This document shows, piece by piece, positions 36,163-47,116 of a stretch of 64,000 nt of DNA. Position 1 is the first letter of the stretch; the number at the start of each line of letters is the position of its first letter. The notes beneath the pieces are model-generated. The model was not told the DNA's origin, searched no databases, and saw only the letters and a list, made by a program, of their open reading frames with translations. The stretch is from an uncultured Verrucomicrobiota bacterium. Its GTDB lineage: Bacteria; Verrucomicrobiota; Kiritimatiellia; CAIQIC01; Lenti-01. The translations under genes were made by a program, and so were the position numbers. The stretch is taken from NCBI GenBank assembly GCA_964647595.1, contig CAZYGH010000016.1, forward strand, positions 16,368-80,367. The letters are read 5' to 3'.

Positions 36163-37247
36163 GGCTTTCTTGCGCACGCCTCCACCAGAGAGGCCAACGC
36201 GTTTGTGCCATCTTTCACGCCCTCTCGATGCGCCGCTTCCCGAAGACGAGCCAACCGTTCCGGCTTTCGCACCGTTTGCGCCAGATAGCCCTCTAACCAT
36301 TCTGGAGTCAAATCGGATTCCGCCACGACATCCGCCGTTCCACGCTTTTCCAGCGCACGGGCATTCGCCGTTTGATGATCCATGGCCGCGCTGGGGTACG
36401 GTACAAACAGCGCGGGCATCCCAAAGAAGGCCAACTCCGCACAGGTGGATCCCCCGGCCCGACAAATAGCCAGATCCGCTTCCTGATACAGCGGCGCCAT
36501 ATATTTTGTGAAGGCGACCACCTCCGCTTCCACTCCGCCTGTGCGATAGGTTTCCCTTACCGACACCTCGTCCTCTCGCCCCGTCAAATGCGAAACCGCC
36601 ATTTTCACTCCGCTTTGTTGAAGCCGCGTCAACGTCTCGGTCACCACTTCGTTTAAGCGATGGGCGCCCATGCTTCCCCCCACCACCAGCAAGCGAAATG
36701 GCGTGTGAACAACGGACTCCCGCGGAGGCAATCCGCGCGCCGCTTCCGTCAGTTCCGCACGCAAGGGAATTCCCACGTTCGTCATCTTCGCCTTGCGCAG
36801 ATGATAACGCGTTTCTTCAAAGCCTGTCGCAACCGCCGCCGCCACACGCGAAAACAAACGTACAGTCCGACCGGGAATCACATTGGCCTCGTGAAGTACG
36901 ATCGGCACCCCCAGCAGGCGCGCGGCTCCACACGGTCCGACCGAGGCATACGACCCCATGGCCAACAGAACGTCCGGCCGATCCTTTCGCATGATGGATC
37001 GGCATTGATGAATGGCCTGAAAAAGTTTGAGACCCGTTTGCAATGACTTCAGCGAAATTCCAGATGGAAATCCCCGCGCCGGCACTTGCACCACCGGCCC
37101 GTCCCAGTCCTTCAATGCAGATTGCTCGGTATCGCGCCCGGTCATCCACAGAGTCACCTCATGACCACGACTCAGCAACTCCCGCGCCGTCGCTAATCCC
37201 GGAAACACATGTCCACCCGTTCCGCCGCACGCCACCGCCACCTTCAT
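36159..37247 (-). CDS. murG: Undecaprenyl-PP-MurNAc-pentapeptide GlcNAc transferase
   Basis: GGTGGHVFPG, HEANVIPG, GGSMGA, CRAGGST, HQTANA. The start overlaps the ogt stop. Confidence 0.95.
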   Translation of the reverse strand: MKVAVACGGTGGHVFPGLATARELLSRGHEVTLWMTGRDTEQSALKDWDGPVVQVPARGFPSGISLKSLQTGLKLFQAIHQCRSIMRKDRPDVLLAMGSYASVGPCGAARLLGVPIVLHEANVIPGRTVRLFSRVAAAVATGFEETRYHLRKAKMTNVGIPLRAELTEAARGLPPRESVVHTPFRLLVVGGSMGAHRLNEVVTETLTRLQQSGVKMAVSHLTGREDEVSVRETYRTGGVEAEVVAFTKYMAPLYQEADLAICRAGGSTCAELAFFGMPALFVPYPSAAMDHQTANARALEKRGTADVVAESDLTPEWLEGYLAQTVRKPERLARLREAAHREGVKDGTNALASLVEACARKP

Positions 37248-37756
37248 CGAATCACTCCCTCTCCCGCCAATAACAACGTCTTCCAGGCCAACCCTGCGGA
37301 AAAACCGCCAATGCGCCCTCCCGCCGCCACAGCACGATGGCAAGGCACAAACAACGGAAACGGATTAGCACCACAGGCACTGCCAGCCGCACGAGCAGCA
37401 CGCGGATGGTCGGCCAACCGGGCCAGTTCTGAATAGGTGCGGGTACTGCCTCTTGGAATCTGTAGCAATGCCCTCCAAATCGCGCGACGAAACTCTGTCG
37501 CACCAGCCAGACCGGTAGCGTCCAACGGCGGACATCGTTTCGGCTCACGCCCCTCCAACACTGCGCAAGCAAAATCAATGGCCCGCCGCAACACAGATGT
37601 GGCCGCAGGAATGTTCAGAATTCTAAAGGAATTGGAGGGCGCATCCACCATCGGCAAGCGGCAGGCCACCACACCGCAATCATTCGCGTCGATACACACC
37701 CTCCCCCATGTTGTCTCCAGTGTCGCAGTCCGGAGATTCAATCCTCCGCTACTCAT
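37244..37756 (-). CDS. ogt: Methylated-DNA--protein-cysteine methyltransferase
   Basis: IPRGSTRTY..LA, RAAGSAC..NP, PCHR active site, GGFSAG...K..LL..E. Confidence 0.9.
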   Translation of the reverse strand: MSSGGLNLRTATLETTWGRVCIDANDCGVVACRLPMVDAPSNSFRILNIPAATSVLRRAIDFACAVLEGREPKRCPPLDATGLAGATEFRRAIWRALLQIPRGSTRTYSELARLADHPRAARAAGSACGANPFPLFVPCHRAVAAGGRIGGFSAGLAWKTLLLAGEGVIR

Positions 37757-38304
37757 GTGATCATCTTGAACAGAATGAATCCCAGCATCAGCACCATGCC
37801 CATCATGAACACGGCGCGAATGCGCTGGCTTCCCTGTTCTTTACGGGCTTCGCGCACACGCTTCAGGCCCGTCGTTCCAAAATAATTCCGGAACCGATCA
37901 TACTGTGGCTCCATCAGTTTATTCGAAGGGACTTGTGTACTAATCGCGGGCCGCAATAAATCCGTTCGCTGGAGCCGAGGCATCACCACCCGCTTGGTCT
38001 CCAACCCATCTGGCCCTGGAGAAAAATCCAACGTGGTTTCATTCTCCGGCGATTCTGCCGAATGGATTTCCACGACATGCACACCATCCAACCCGATGCC
38101 ATAAGAGCCCGCAACCGCTTGGGTTCGACGAACATCGGGTGTCGCTGTTCCTCGCCACTTGGGCTCGGGTGGCAACAAGTCGGCATCCGGAACGGAATCC
38201 GTCCAACGTCGGACGGTCTCCACTTGTTCGCGCAAGCGAACCTTCTCGCGCTCGATCTCGCGCAAGCGCCGCTCCCACGCTGTTTGTTTTTGAGAAATCG
38301 CCAT
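37753..38304 (-). CDS. Hypothetical protein with N-terminal coiled coil and C-terminal TM helix
   Basis: ERRLREIEREKVRLREQV; C-terminal RIRAVFMMGMVLMLGFILFKMIT. ATGA overlap with ogt. Confidence 0.7.
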   Translation of the reverse strand: MAISQKQTAWERRLREIEREKVRLREQVETVRRWTDSVPDADLLPPEPKWRGTATPDVRRTQAVAGSYGIGLDGVHVVEIHSAESPENETTLDFSPGPDGLETKRVVMPRLQRTDLLRPAISTQVPSNKLMEPQYDRFRNYFGTTGLKRVREARKEQGSQRIRAVFMMGMVLMLGFILFKMIT

Positions 38305-38307
38305 TCT

Positions 38308-39060
38308 TTAGGCCCAGAAATAGGAGAACAACATCCACAACAATGTCAAAACCGCCATCGACACGATCAACGGAAGCGTGAAGGCAAAACCCGCTCGCAG
38401 CCAATATCCAAATCCTTGGGAGACTCTCGCAGAGGAAACCAACGTATCCTCAAACGTCAGGGGACTCGAATGTTCGACCACGGCACCCGGCGCTTGCGGA
38501 TGAATCGCCTCTATCTTCGCCAATGACTTGTTGTAGTCCGAACGAACATTTTCTAGCAAAACTAAAGCGCGATTCAGTTCATCAAGCAAGTTTTCATCCG
38601 CCCACTCCGACTCGTTCAGCGTTTCGACTTCGTCCAAACGCTCGCGGAACAAACGGCGCGTTTCTTCAAGCAGTTGGCACAAGCGCTCAGACTGCAAACG
38701 CTCTTTCTCCATACGGACAAGGCTTTCGTTGAGCCGATCCTTCAGCTCACGACGCCCCACATCAAACGCCTCTTGCTTCTTGCGCATCTCTTCGAGGGTG
38801 CGCCGCTCCCGTTCCAATTCCTCTTGGCGGGCGCGAAGCCGATCTAGCTCCTGCGTTTTATCCACCATTTGCTCCGTCACCTCTTGCTTGTGGCGCGACA
38901 AATGCGTCAGCGTCAAATCAGAAACCGGACGGTTCGGTAAATCGCGGGAAGACGGAATGAATCCATCTCGAGGTGCTCCTCCGTTCTCTCCATTCAACTT
39001 AATTTTCAGCGCGGCCTCGCGCTCGCGAACCAAATCCTCATCAAAAAAATCGGTGCCCAT
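38308..39060 (-). CDS. Hypothetical coiled-coil protein with C-terminal TM anchor
   Basis: Long E/R/L heptad region; hydrophobic C-terminus FAFTLPLIVSMAVLTLLWMLFSYFWA. 3 bp gap to the next gene. Confidence 0.75.
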   Translation of the reverse strand: MGTDFFDEDLVREREAALKIKLNGENGGAPRDGFIPSSRDLPNRPVSDLTLTHLSRHKQEVTEQMVDKTQELDRLRARQEELERERRTLEEMRKKQEAFDVGRRELKDRLNESLVRMEKERLQSERLCQLLEETRRLFRERLDEVETLNESEWADENLLDELNRALVLLENVRSDYNKSLAKIEAIHPQAPGAVVEHSSPLTFEDTLVSSARVSQGFGYWLRAGFAFTLPLIVSMAVLTLLWMLFSYFWA

Positions 39061-39075
39061 GTCCTTTGCTCCTGT

Positions 39076-39795
39076 TCAATCCTTGGGAATCGTAATCTGG
39101 GTTCCAACGCGCAAATTATTGGCGTCGGACAATCGTTCCCGATTCGCGTTGAAAATCATTTTCCACTTCGCAGGCGTTCCAAAATATTTGGTAGAAATCG
39201 TGGCCAGATTTTCTCCCGCCTGCACAATGTGAACCTGAACCGTCGGCGCATTTGTCGGCGCTACCGGAGAGGAAAATTGAAGTGGAATTGCCCTCGTTTC
39301 CACCGAAGCAGTGGGTTCTGATTGTGCGAGGGAACGTGGGGATCGCAAACTGGATAATTCCTGTTCCAACTTTTGAATGCGGGCATCGCGTGCGCGCAAA
39401 TCCTTCTTCCACTCTTCCGGCGACTCGTGAATCTGTGCAGCAAACGAAATTCGGCAGTGCTGAATCAATTGTTCGATCACGGCGCGATTTTCTGAATCGG
39501 GACGCAGTTGCAAATAGCGTTGGTAATGATAAATGGCCCCCACGTAATCTTGGCGGAAATTATCCAGCATCAACCCCAGCTCGCGATGGGCCAACGCCAA
39601 ATCAGGACGGCGATTCACCGCCTTTTCGCACAGGGCAATGGCCCCATCGATGTCTTGTGCATTTTTGGCCGCCTCTGCACGGCGAAGATAGCGGTCCCGC
39701 GCCTCTCGCCGCTCATCCGAAATGCGCCCGCAACCCACGATCAGCAGGAGACAAAGCCCCATCCACACGCTCATCTGAATCGCATTTCTTCTCAT
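39076..39795 (-). CDS. TPR + LysM domain lipoprotein
   Basis: Lipobox LLIVG-C, TPR-like helices (AHRELG..L...AIYHYQRYL), and C-terminal LysM HIVQAGENLATIS.KYFG...W..I..AN...L.VGTQI.IP. Confidence 0.85.
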   Translation of the reverse strand: MRRNAIQMSVWMGLCLLLIVGCGRISDERREARDRYLRRAEAAKNAQDIDGAIALCEKAVNRRPDLALAHRELGLMLDNFRQDYVGAIYHYQRYLQLRPDSENRAVIEQLIQHCRISFAAQIHESPEEWKKDLRARDARIQKLEQELSSLRSPRSLAQSEPTASVETRAIPLQFSSPVAPTNAPTVQVHIVQAGENLATISTKYFGTPAKWKMIFNANRERLSDANNLRVGTQITIPKD

Positions 39796-39852
39796 GCGCG
39801 TCACCGTAGCAAATCCGCCCCCGAAATCAACAAGCCTTCCCCAGATACATAC

Positions 39853-39886
39853 AAAAAAAATCCACCCCCGGAATTCCGGGGGTGGA
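39853..39886 (-). terminator. Rho-independent terminator of ppdK
   Basis: Perfect 26 bp palindrome tccacccccggaattccgggggtgga followed by T8 on the minus strand. Confidence 0.85.
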
Positions 39887-39917
39887 CGCAGGTCAAATCC
39901 TTGTGGAAATGCCTAGT

Positions 39918-42665
39918 TTACTTACCCAAGGCCGCCTGAGCCGCCGCCAAACGGGCGATCGGCACACGGTACGGCGAGCAGCTCACGTAGTTCAATCCAG
40001 CCTTGCAGCAGAACTTAACCGAGGTGGGGTCGCCACCGTGTTCGCCGCAAATACCGCACTTGAGATCCGGACGGGTGGCGCGACCCTTCTTGACCGCCAT
40101 CTCCACCAACTGGCCCACACCCGAAGCATCCAACGTCAGGAACGGATCCACCGGCAGAATCTTCTTGTCCAAATAGTCAGGCAAGAAGGAGCCGATGTCA
40201 TCGCGGCTGAAGCCGAAGGTCATCTGGGTCAGGTCATTCGTACCGAAGCTGAAGAACTCTGCGCTCTCCGCCACCGCATCAGCCGTGAGGGCCGCGCGAG
40301 GAATTTCAATCATGGTTCCGACCATGTACTTCTGCTTGGACTTCTTGGCTTTGATGACTTCGTCCGCCGTCTTGCGGATGATGTCGGCGCAATAATCCAA
40401 CTCGGCCTTGGTGCCGATGAGGGGAACCATGATCTCCGGCATCACCTTCTTACCAGTCTTGGCGACGTTGCAAGCCGCTTCCATGATGGCGCGGGTTTGC
40501 ATGACGCACAATTCCGGATAGGTGATCGAGAGGCGGCAACCGCGATGACCCAACATGGGGTTCATCTCGTGCAACTTCTTCACGCGCGCCGCCACGACTT
40601 CCACCGTCGTGTTCATGCGCTTGGCCATTTCTTCCTGACCCGCCGCATCCTGCGGAACGAACTCATGAAGAGGCGGATCAATCAAACGGATCGTCACGCC
40701 AAAGCCATCCATGGCCTTGAAGATGCCTTCGAAGTCGCCCCGTTGCAACGGCAGCAACTTGACCAAGGCCTTCTCACGAGCCTTGAGATCTTCCGCCAAG
40801 ATGAACTCGCGGACGGCCCAAATGCGGTCGCCCTCGAAGAACATGTGTTCGGTACGGCAAAGGCCAATGCCTTCAGCGCCAAACGCGCGTGCGGCCAAGG
40901 CATCCTTCGGACTGTCGGCGTTGGTACGAACATTAATCTTGCGATATTTGTCCGCCCAGTCGCTGATCTGCTTGTACATCTGGTAGATGGGGTGCTTCTG
41001 GGCTTCCTTCTTGCCGCCCACCACCGCGCTCACCACCGGGCTGTTTTCCGTGGGAATCTGGCCCACAAAGACCACGCCCGTCGATCCGTTCAAGCTGATC
41101 CAATCGCCTTCATTCAGCGTCGTTCCGCCGGCGGAGATCGTCTTGCTCTTGTAGTCAATCGTCAGGTTTCCTGCGCCCGCGATGCAGCACTTGCCCCAGC
41201 CACGAGCCACAACCGCCGCATGGGAGGTCATGCCGCCGGTGCTGGTCAAAATACCCTGCGCCGCCCACATTCCACCGACGTCTTCCGGGCTCGTTTCGTG
41301 ACGAACCAAGATGACCTTCTCGGAAGGATTCGCCTTGATGGCCGCTTCAGCGGTCGCCGCGTCAAACACGATTTTGCCAACGCCAGCGCCAGGTCCAGCA
41401 GGCAAGCCCTTGGTTAGCGCAACGGCCTTCTTCTCGGCCGCGATGTCAAAGATCGGGAACAGCAACTGCTCAAGATCCGATCCCGTGACCGTCGCAATGG
41501 CCTGATCCGGCTTCAGAATCTTCTTCTGCGGCTTGCCCGTGTAGAAATCCTTGCCTGTGGCCATTTCAACCGCCCAACGAACGCCGGCCAAACCGGAACG
41601 CTTCGCATTGCGGGTCTGCAACATCCAGAGCGTACCCTGCTCAACGGTGAATTCCACATCCTGCGGATACTTGTAATGCTCTTCGAGCTTCTTCATGATC
41701 GAGCGAAGTTGCGCATGCGCCTTGCCCCAGATCGGGCTCTTCTCGGCGGGCATTTCGTCGATGTGCTTCGGCGTACGAATGCCGGCCACCACATCTTCAC
41801 CCTGCGCGTTGACGAGATATTCGCCCATGGGCTCTTCCGAGCCGGTCGACCCATCACGCGTGAATGCCACGCCCGTACCCGACTCATCGCCCATGTTGCC
41901 ATAGACCATGGAGCACACATTGACCGCCGTGCCCAGCAGGCCGGTCACCTTGTTGATCTGGCGATACTTGATCGCGCGCTCGCCGTTCCAGCTACCGAAC
42001 ACGGCGTTCACAGAGGCCAGCAACTGCTCCATCGGGTCCTGAGGGAAAGGCTTCTTGACCTTCTTGAGGTACACCTTCTTATAAATTTCGCACAATTCCT
42101 TGAGCTGATCGGCCGTCAGATCGGTGTCTTCCTTGGCACCATATTTCTGCTTCAGCGCGGTCATTTCCACTTCGAAATCGTGGTGGTCCAAACCCGTGGT
42201 CGGCCCCATCACCACATTGCCGAACATGTCGATGAACCGGCGATAACAATCCCAACCCGTGCGGGGATTCTGTGTGCTCTCGATGAAGCCCAACACGGAC
42301 TTGTCATTGAGACCCAAATTCAAAACGGTGTCCATCATGCCCGGCATGGAAATCGCCGCGCCGGAGCGCACCGAAACCAACAGCGGATTCTTGGGATCAC
42401 CCAATTTCTTTTTCATCTTGGATTCGAGCTTCTTGAGCTGGGACTTCAGTTGCTCGAGCATGCCATCGGGATATTGATTGTTGTGCGAGGAATAATACGC
42501 GCAGGCTTCGGTCGAAACCGTGAAGCCAGCAGGAACCGGCAAACCCGCATTGGCCATTTCAGCCAAATTCGCGCCCTTGCCGCCCAGCAATGCTTTCATT
42601 GTCGCATCGCCTTCGGTGTTCTCTTTGCCGAAGCCGTAAAAATACACATACTTCTTTTTCGCCAT
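39918..42665 (-). CDS. ppdK: Pyruvate, phosphate dikinase
   Basis: LLGGKGANLAEM, SVRSGA..SMPGMMDT, GGMTSHAA (phospho-His), GLCRTEHM, FSFGTNDLTQ, CGEHGG. Confidence 0.97.
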   Translation of the reverse strand: MAKKKYVYFYGFGKENTEGDATMKALLGGKGANLAEMANAGLPVPAGFTVSTEACAYYSSHNNQYPDGMLEQLKSQLKKLESKMKKKLGDPKNPLLVSVRSGAAISMPGMMDTVLNLGLNDKSVLGFIESTQNPRTGWDCYRRFIDMFGNVVMGPTTGLDHHDFEVEMTALKQKYGAKEDTDLTADQLKELCEIYKKVYLKKVKKPFPQDPMEQLLASVNAVFGSWNGERAIKYRQINKVTGLLGTAVNVCSMVYGNMGDESGTGVAFTRDGSTGSEEPMGEYLVNAQGEDVVAGIRTPKHIDEMPAEKSPIWGKAHAQLRSIMKKLEEHYKYPQDVEFTVEQGTLWMLQTRNAKRSGLAGVRWAVEMATGKDFYTGKPQKKILKPDQAIATVTGSDLEQLLFPIFDIAAEKKAVALTKGLPAGPGAGVGKIVFDAATAEAAIKANPSEKVILVRHETSPEDVGGMWAAQGILTSTGGMTSHAAVVARGWGKCCIAGAGNLTIDYKSKTISAGGTTLNEGDWISLNGSTGVVFVGQIPTENSPVVSAVVGGKKEAQKHPIYQMYKQISDWADKYRKINVRTNADSPKDALAARAFGAEGIGLCRTEHMFFEGDRIWAVREFILAEDLKAREKALVKLLPLQRGDFEGIFKAMDGFGVTIRLIDPPLHEFVPQDAAGQEEMAKRMNTTVEVVAARVKKLHEMNPMLGHRGCRLSITYPELCVMQTRAIMEAACNVAKTGKKVMPEIMVPLIGTKAELDYCADIIRKTADEVIKAKKSKQKYMVGTMIEIPRAALTADAVAESAEFFSFGTNDLTQMTFGFSRDDIGSFLPDYLDKKILPVDPFLTLDASGVGQLVEMAVKKGRATRPDLKCGICGEHGGDPTSVKFCCKAGLNYVSCSPYRVPIARLAAAQAALGK

Positions 42666-42749
42666 GTTTTTCTCCGTGTTGATACAGCCCTATTGGGCTT
42701 TTTTTATTAAATCCAAACCACGCCACGTCGGCGTGAAAAAATCTGGGCA

Positions 42750-42778
42750 ATCATCCGCCCCTCCTCCCGGTTTGTCAA
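42750..42778 (-). promoter_or_regulatory. Sigma70-type promoter for ppdK
   Basis: TTGACA-17 nt-GATGAT on the minus strand, just downstream of the rpoC terminator. Confidence 0.55.
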
Positions 42779-42825
42779 GCCATTGACAGCGTTTTCCCAC
42801 ACACGAAACGATTTACCTTTTGCAC

Positions 42826-42857
42826 AAAAAAACGGCCCGGAAAAAATACCGGGCCGT
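42826..42857 (-). terminator. Rho-independent terminator of rpoC
   Basis: acggcccgg-N8-ccgggccgt followed by T7 on the minus strand. Confidence 0.85.
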
Positions 42858-42891
42858 GAATCAGAAGCACTCGCCTCTGAAGCAGGGGGGG

Positions 42892-45800
42892 TTAGGCATC
42901 CACCGAATCCGCTGCCGCCGTCGTGGGCAACTGGTCGCCCAACAACTCTTCAGCCGCGATCGGCTCCGCCAATGGAACCAGCTTGATGTTGCGGTACATC
43001 GAGAAGCCCGTTCCAGCCGGAATCACATGACCCATGATGACGTTTTCCTTGAACCCGTGCAGGTTGTCCACGCGCGCCAATGTGGCCGCATCGGTCAATA
43101 CCCGCGTCGTGTCTTGGAAAGACGCCGCCGAGATGAAACTCTCCGTCTCGAGCGAGGCCTTGGTGATGCCAAGCAACAGCGGGGTCGCTTCGGCGGGTTT
43201 GCGACCTTCTTCGGCCACACGCCGATTGACTTCCAAGAAGGTCTGCTTCTCGATCTGCTCGCCCCACAGGAATCCCGTATCGCCGGGCTCTGCAATGCGA
43301 ACCTTGCGAAGCATCTGGCGCACGATGATTTCGATGTGCTTGTCGTTGATTTCGACACCTTGTAGACGGTACACTTCCTGCACTTCGTTCACGAGGTATT
43401 CCTGTAGTTCCTGAGGACCGCAAACCTCGAGAATTTCCTGCGGAACGACTGGCCCTTCCGTCAGCGGTTGACCCTTCTTCACGCGGTCGCCAGCATACAC
43501 CACAATGTGCTTATTCAGCGGGATCAAATGCTCTTCAGTGTCTCCCGTAATCGCATCGCGAACCAACAGCTTGCGACGGCCACGAGCGTTTCCGCCCATT
43601 TCGACAATACCGTCGATCTTGGCGATTTCGGCAGCATCTTTCGGCTTGCGAGCTTCGAACAGTTCGGCCACGCGTGGCAAACCACCCGTGATGTCTTTTG
43701 TTCGAGCCTGCTTGCGCGGGGTCTTGGCAATCACTTCGCCGGCGTACACCTTCTCGCCCTTGTCCACCACCACGTGGGCACCAGCCGGAACGGTGTAGGA
43801 ACCCAACACTTTCTTCGAGTCCGCGGCATCGCGAATGAGCAACTGGGGATGAATTTCATCTCGGTGCTCTAACACCACCAAGTCTTCCATTCCCGTGGCT
43901 TCATCCACTTCCTTGCGAACGGTCACGCCAATGATAAAATCCTTGGTATCCATCACGCCGGAGAACTCGCTCAGGATTGGCACGTTGTAGGGATCCCACT
44001 TTGCTACCGAGGTGCCTTTTTTGACGGGTGCACCATCTGCAATCGCCAAAATACTGCCCAAGGCCACCGTGTGGCGCTCCAGCTCGCGTCCATCCTTGTC
44101 GTACAACCCGACCATGCCGTTCTTGTTCAGAACGATGTTGTTTCCGTCGGGGCCCGGAACCGTGTACAGCTCTTCATACTTCAGGACACCGTCATGCTTG
44201 ACGGTGATTTCGGGCTGTTTGAATGCGCTCTGGGCCGTACCACCAATGTGGAACGTACGCATCGTCAACTGCGTGCCCGGTTCACCGATAGACTGCGCAG
44301 CAATGATGCCCGTGGCCTCGCCCAGCACGGCCTGCTTGCCGTTGGCTAGGTTTCGTCCATAGCACTTGGCGCAGATTCCGCGCTTCGACTCGCAGGTGAG
44401 TACGCTTCGGATCTTCACGCTCTCGAGCTCGGCTCGGCGGACCTTCTCCACCACCTTCTCGTCGATCTCGTAGCCCGCCGAAACAATGATCTCGCCTGTG
44501 CGCGGATCGCGGATGTCATCCACCGCCGTACGGCCGAAAATGCGTTGAGCCAAAGGAACCAGTTCTTCGTCCCCTTGCATAATCGCATGCACTTCGATGC
44601 CGTTTAGCGTGCCGCAATCCTGTTCGACCACGATCACGTCCTGCGACACATCCACCAGCTTGCGGGTCATGTATCCGGAGTCAGCCGTCTTCAGCGCGGT
44701 ATCGGCCAATCCTTTACGTGCACCGTGAGTCGAAATGAAATATTCCAACACACTCAAGCCTTCGCGGAAGTTGGCCAAAATCGGGCGCTCAATAATTTCA
44801 CCGGAGGGCTTGGCCATCAGCCCGCGCATACCCGCCAACTGACGAATCTGCTGGCGATTACCGCGCGCACCCGAGTCCACCATCATGAACAGCGGGTTCA
44901 CTTCGATGCGTGACTCATTAAACTCCATCGCCCGGAACATCTGGCCGGCGATCTCGTCGGTCGCGTGGGTCCAAATGTCGATGATCTTGTTGTAGCGTTC
45001 GCCGTCGGTGATGATACCTTTGCGATACTGAGCTTCGACTTCGGCCAAGGACTTGCGCGCGGTTTCGACGGTCTTCACCTTCGCTTCCGGAACAATCATG
45101 TCTACGATACCGACCGAGAACCCAGCCGAGGTAGCGCTTTCGAACCCCAGATCTTTCACGCGATCCAGCGTCTTCACGGTTTCCTCGTGCCCCGCCACCT
45201 GATAGCAATGGCGAATGAGCTCTTCCAATTTCTTTTTGGGCACGGGGGCATTGAAGAATCCCATGTTGTCCGGCCAGATTTCATTGAAGAACACGCGTCC
45301 CACGGTCGTGGAGATGACGGACTGATCCTTCATTCCATACCGAGTCTCGACCTGATAGTCTGGATTCTTGAAACGAATGCGATCATGAATCTTCAGCACA
45401 CCCTCGTCATAGGCCGTGTGAACTTCTTGCTCATCACCGAAAATCGGCAAATGTTCAATAGCCCCCGGAATCTTGGGCTGGCGGGCACGGATACGCTCCT
45501 GCTGCGACTCCAACGTCAGATAATAGCAACCCAAGGCAATATCCTGCGTCGGCGTCGTGATCGGCTTTCCGCTTGACGGCGAAAAGATGTTGTTCGGCGC
45601 CAGCATGATCAGTTTGCTTTCCATCTGAGCTTCGATGGAGAGCGGCACGTGAACCGCCATTTGATCGCCGTCGAAGTCGGCATTGTACGCCGTACAAACG
45701 AGCGGATGAATTCGAATGGCTTCACCTTCGATCAATACCGGTTCAAAGGCCTGAATCGACAACCGATGCAACGTCGGGGCGCGGTTCAGCATGACCGTGT

Positions 45801-47058
45801 GGCCGCGCGTCACCTCTTCGAGAATATCCCAGACCTGATCTTCCTCGCGCTCAATCATCTTCTTGGCGCTGCGCACGGTGTGCACCACACCCATCGCCTT
45901 GAGACGGCGAATGATGAAAGGCTCGAACAAAACGAGGGCCATCTTCTTGGGCAGACCGCATTGGTTCATGCGCAGGTTCGGCCCGATCACGATGACGGAA
46001 CGACCCGAGTAGTCCACGCGCTTGCCGAGCAGGTTTTGACGGAAACGACCCTGCTTACCCTTGAGCATATCGCTCAACGACTTCAGGGGGCGATTGCCAG
46101 CACCCGTCACGGCACGTCCATGACGACCATTGTCAAACAAGGCATCCACGGCCTCTTGCAACATGCGCTTCTCATTGCGAACAATGACATCCGGCGTTTT
46201 GAGTTGCAGCAGGTTCTTGAGACGGTTATTGCGGTTGATGACGCGGCGATACAAATCGTTCAGATCGCTCGTCGCAAAACGACCACCCTCAAGCGGAACC
46301 AACGGACGCAGATCCGGAGGAATAACCGGCAACACTTGCAACACCATCCATTCCGGACGCGTATGACTGGTGCGGAAAGAATCCAAGATCTTCATCCGCT
46401 TGGTCAGTTTCTTGCGAGTCTGCTTGCTCCGAGTGTTCTCCATCTCGGTCTCAAGCTGTTCCAACTGTTCTTCGAGTTCGATTTTCGCCAGAATATCGCG
46501 CACACCTTCGGCACCCATGCGGGCCACAAAGGTCTCGCCATACTTCTCCAGGGCCTCGCGATATTCATCCTCGTTCAGCAACTGGCGCTGCGTCATGGGC
46601 GTGTCGCCCGGATCCACCACGATATAGTCTTCGTAGTAGAGAACGCGCTCCAGCTCGCGGGAACTCATATCCAAGACCGCCGCTAAACGACTCGGCGCGC
46701 ACTTGAAAAACCACAGGTGGGAAACCGGAACGGCCAGTTCAATATGCCCCATCCGCTCGCGGCGCACCCGCGCCAACGTCACTTCCACGCCGCAACGATC
46801 GCACACAATATTCTTGTGCTTGATTCGCTTGTACTTTCCGCAAGAACACTCCCAGTCCTTGGTCGGTCCGAAAATACGCTCACAGAACAAACCGCCCTTT
46901 TCTGGCTTGAATGTGCGGTAGTTGATGGTCTCGGGGTTCTTCACCTCGCCATGGCTCCAAGACCGAACGGTCTCAGGCGAGGCAAGGGTAATCGTCACAT
47001 AATCGAATCCGGGATGGGCTTCCGTCTCAAAAATCGGCTTAACGCTGGTGTTGTCCAT
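42892..47058 (-). CDS. rpoC: RNA polymerase beta' subunit
   Basis: [12 protein letters not shown], zinc finger [27 protein letters not shown]. Confidence 0.99.
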   Translation of the reverse strand: MDNTSVKPIFETEAHPGFDYVTITLASPETVRSWSHGEVKNPETINYRTFKPEKGGLFCERIFGPTKDWECSCGKYKRIKHKNIVCDRCGVEVTLARVRRERMGHIELAVPVSHLWFFKCAPSRLAAVLDMSSRELERVLYYEDYIVVDPGDTPMTQRQLLNEDEYREALEKYGETFVARMGAEGVRDILAKIELEEQLEQLETEMENTRSKQTRKKLTKRMKILDSFRTSHTRPEWMVLQVLPVIPPDLRPLVPLEGGRFATSDLNDLYRRVINRNNRLKNLLQLKTPDVIVRNEKRMLQEAVDALFDNGRHGRAVTGAGNRPLKSLSDMLKGKQGRFRQNLLGKRVDYSGRSVIVIGPNLRMNQCGLPKKMALVLFEPFIIRRLKAMGVVHTVRSAKKMIEREEDQVWDILEEVTRGHTVMLNRAPTLHRLSIQAFEPVLIEGEAIRIHPLVCTAYNADFDGDQMAVHVPLSIEAQMESKLIMLAPNNIFSPSSGKPITTPTQDIALGCYYLTLESQQERIRARQPKIPGAIEHLPIFGDEQEVHTAYDEGVLKIHDRIRFKNPDYQVETRYGMKDQSVISTTVGRVFFNEIWPDNMGFFNAPVPKKKLEELIRHCYQVAGHEETVKTLDRVKDLGFESATSAGFSVGIVDMIVPEAKVKTVETARKSLAEVEAQYRKGIITDGERYNKIIDIWTHATDEIAGQMFRAMEFNESRIEVNPLFMMVDSGARGNRQQIRQLAGMRGLMAKPSGEIIERPILANFREGLSVLEYFISTHGARKGLADTALKTADSGYMTRKLVDVSQDVIVVEQDCGTLNGIEVHAIMQGDEELVPLAQRIFGRTAVDDIRDPRTGEIIVSAGYEIDEKVVEKVRRAELESVKIRSVLTCESKRGICAKCYGRNLANGKQAVLGEATGIIAAQSIGEPGTQLTMRTFHIGGTAQSAFKQPEITVKHDGVLKYEELYTVPGPDGNNIVLNKNGMVGLYDKDGRELERHTVALGSILAIADGAPVKKGTSVAKWDPYNVPILSEFSGVMDTKDFIIGVTVRKEVDEATGMEDLVVLEHRDEIHPQLLIRDAADSKKVLGSYTVPAGAHVVVDKGEKVYAGEVIAKTPRKQARTKDITGGLPRVAELFEARKPKDAAEIAKIDGIVEMGGNARGRRKLLVRDAITGDTEEHLIPLNKHIVVYAGDRVKKGQPLTEGPVVPQEILEVCGPQELQEYLVNEVQEVYRLQGVEINDKHIEIIVRQMLRKVRIAEPGDTGFLWGEQIEKQTFLEVNRRVAEEGRKPAEATPLLLGITKASLETESFISAASFQDTTRVLTDAATLARVDNLHGFKENVIMGHVIPAGTGFSMYRNIKLVPLAEPIAAEELLGDQLPTTAAADSVDA

Positions 47059-47116
47059 CGTGGGCCTCCTATCGGTTCAAAGGTTCATCATTCAAGGTGG
47101 CAAACAGTAGCAAGGC

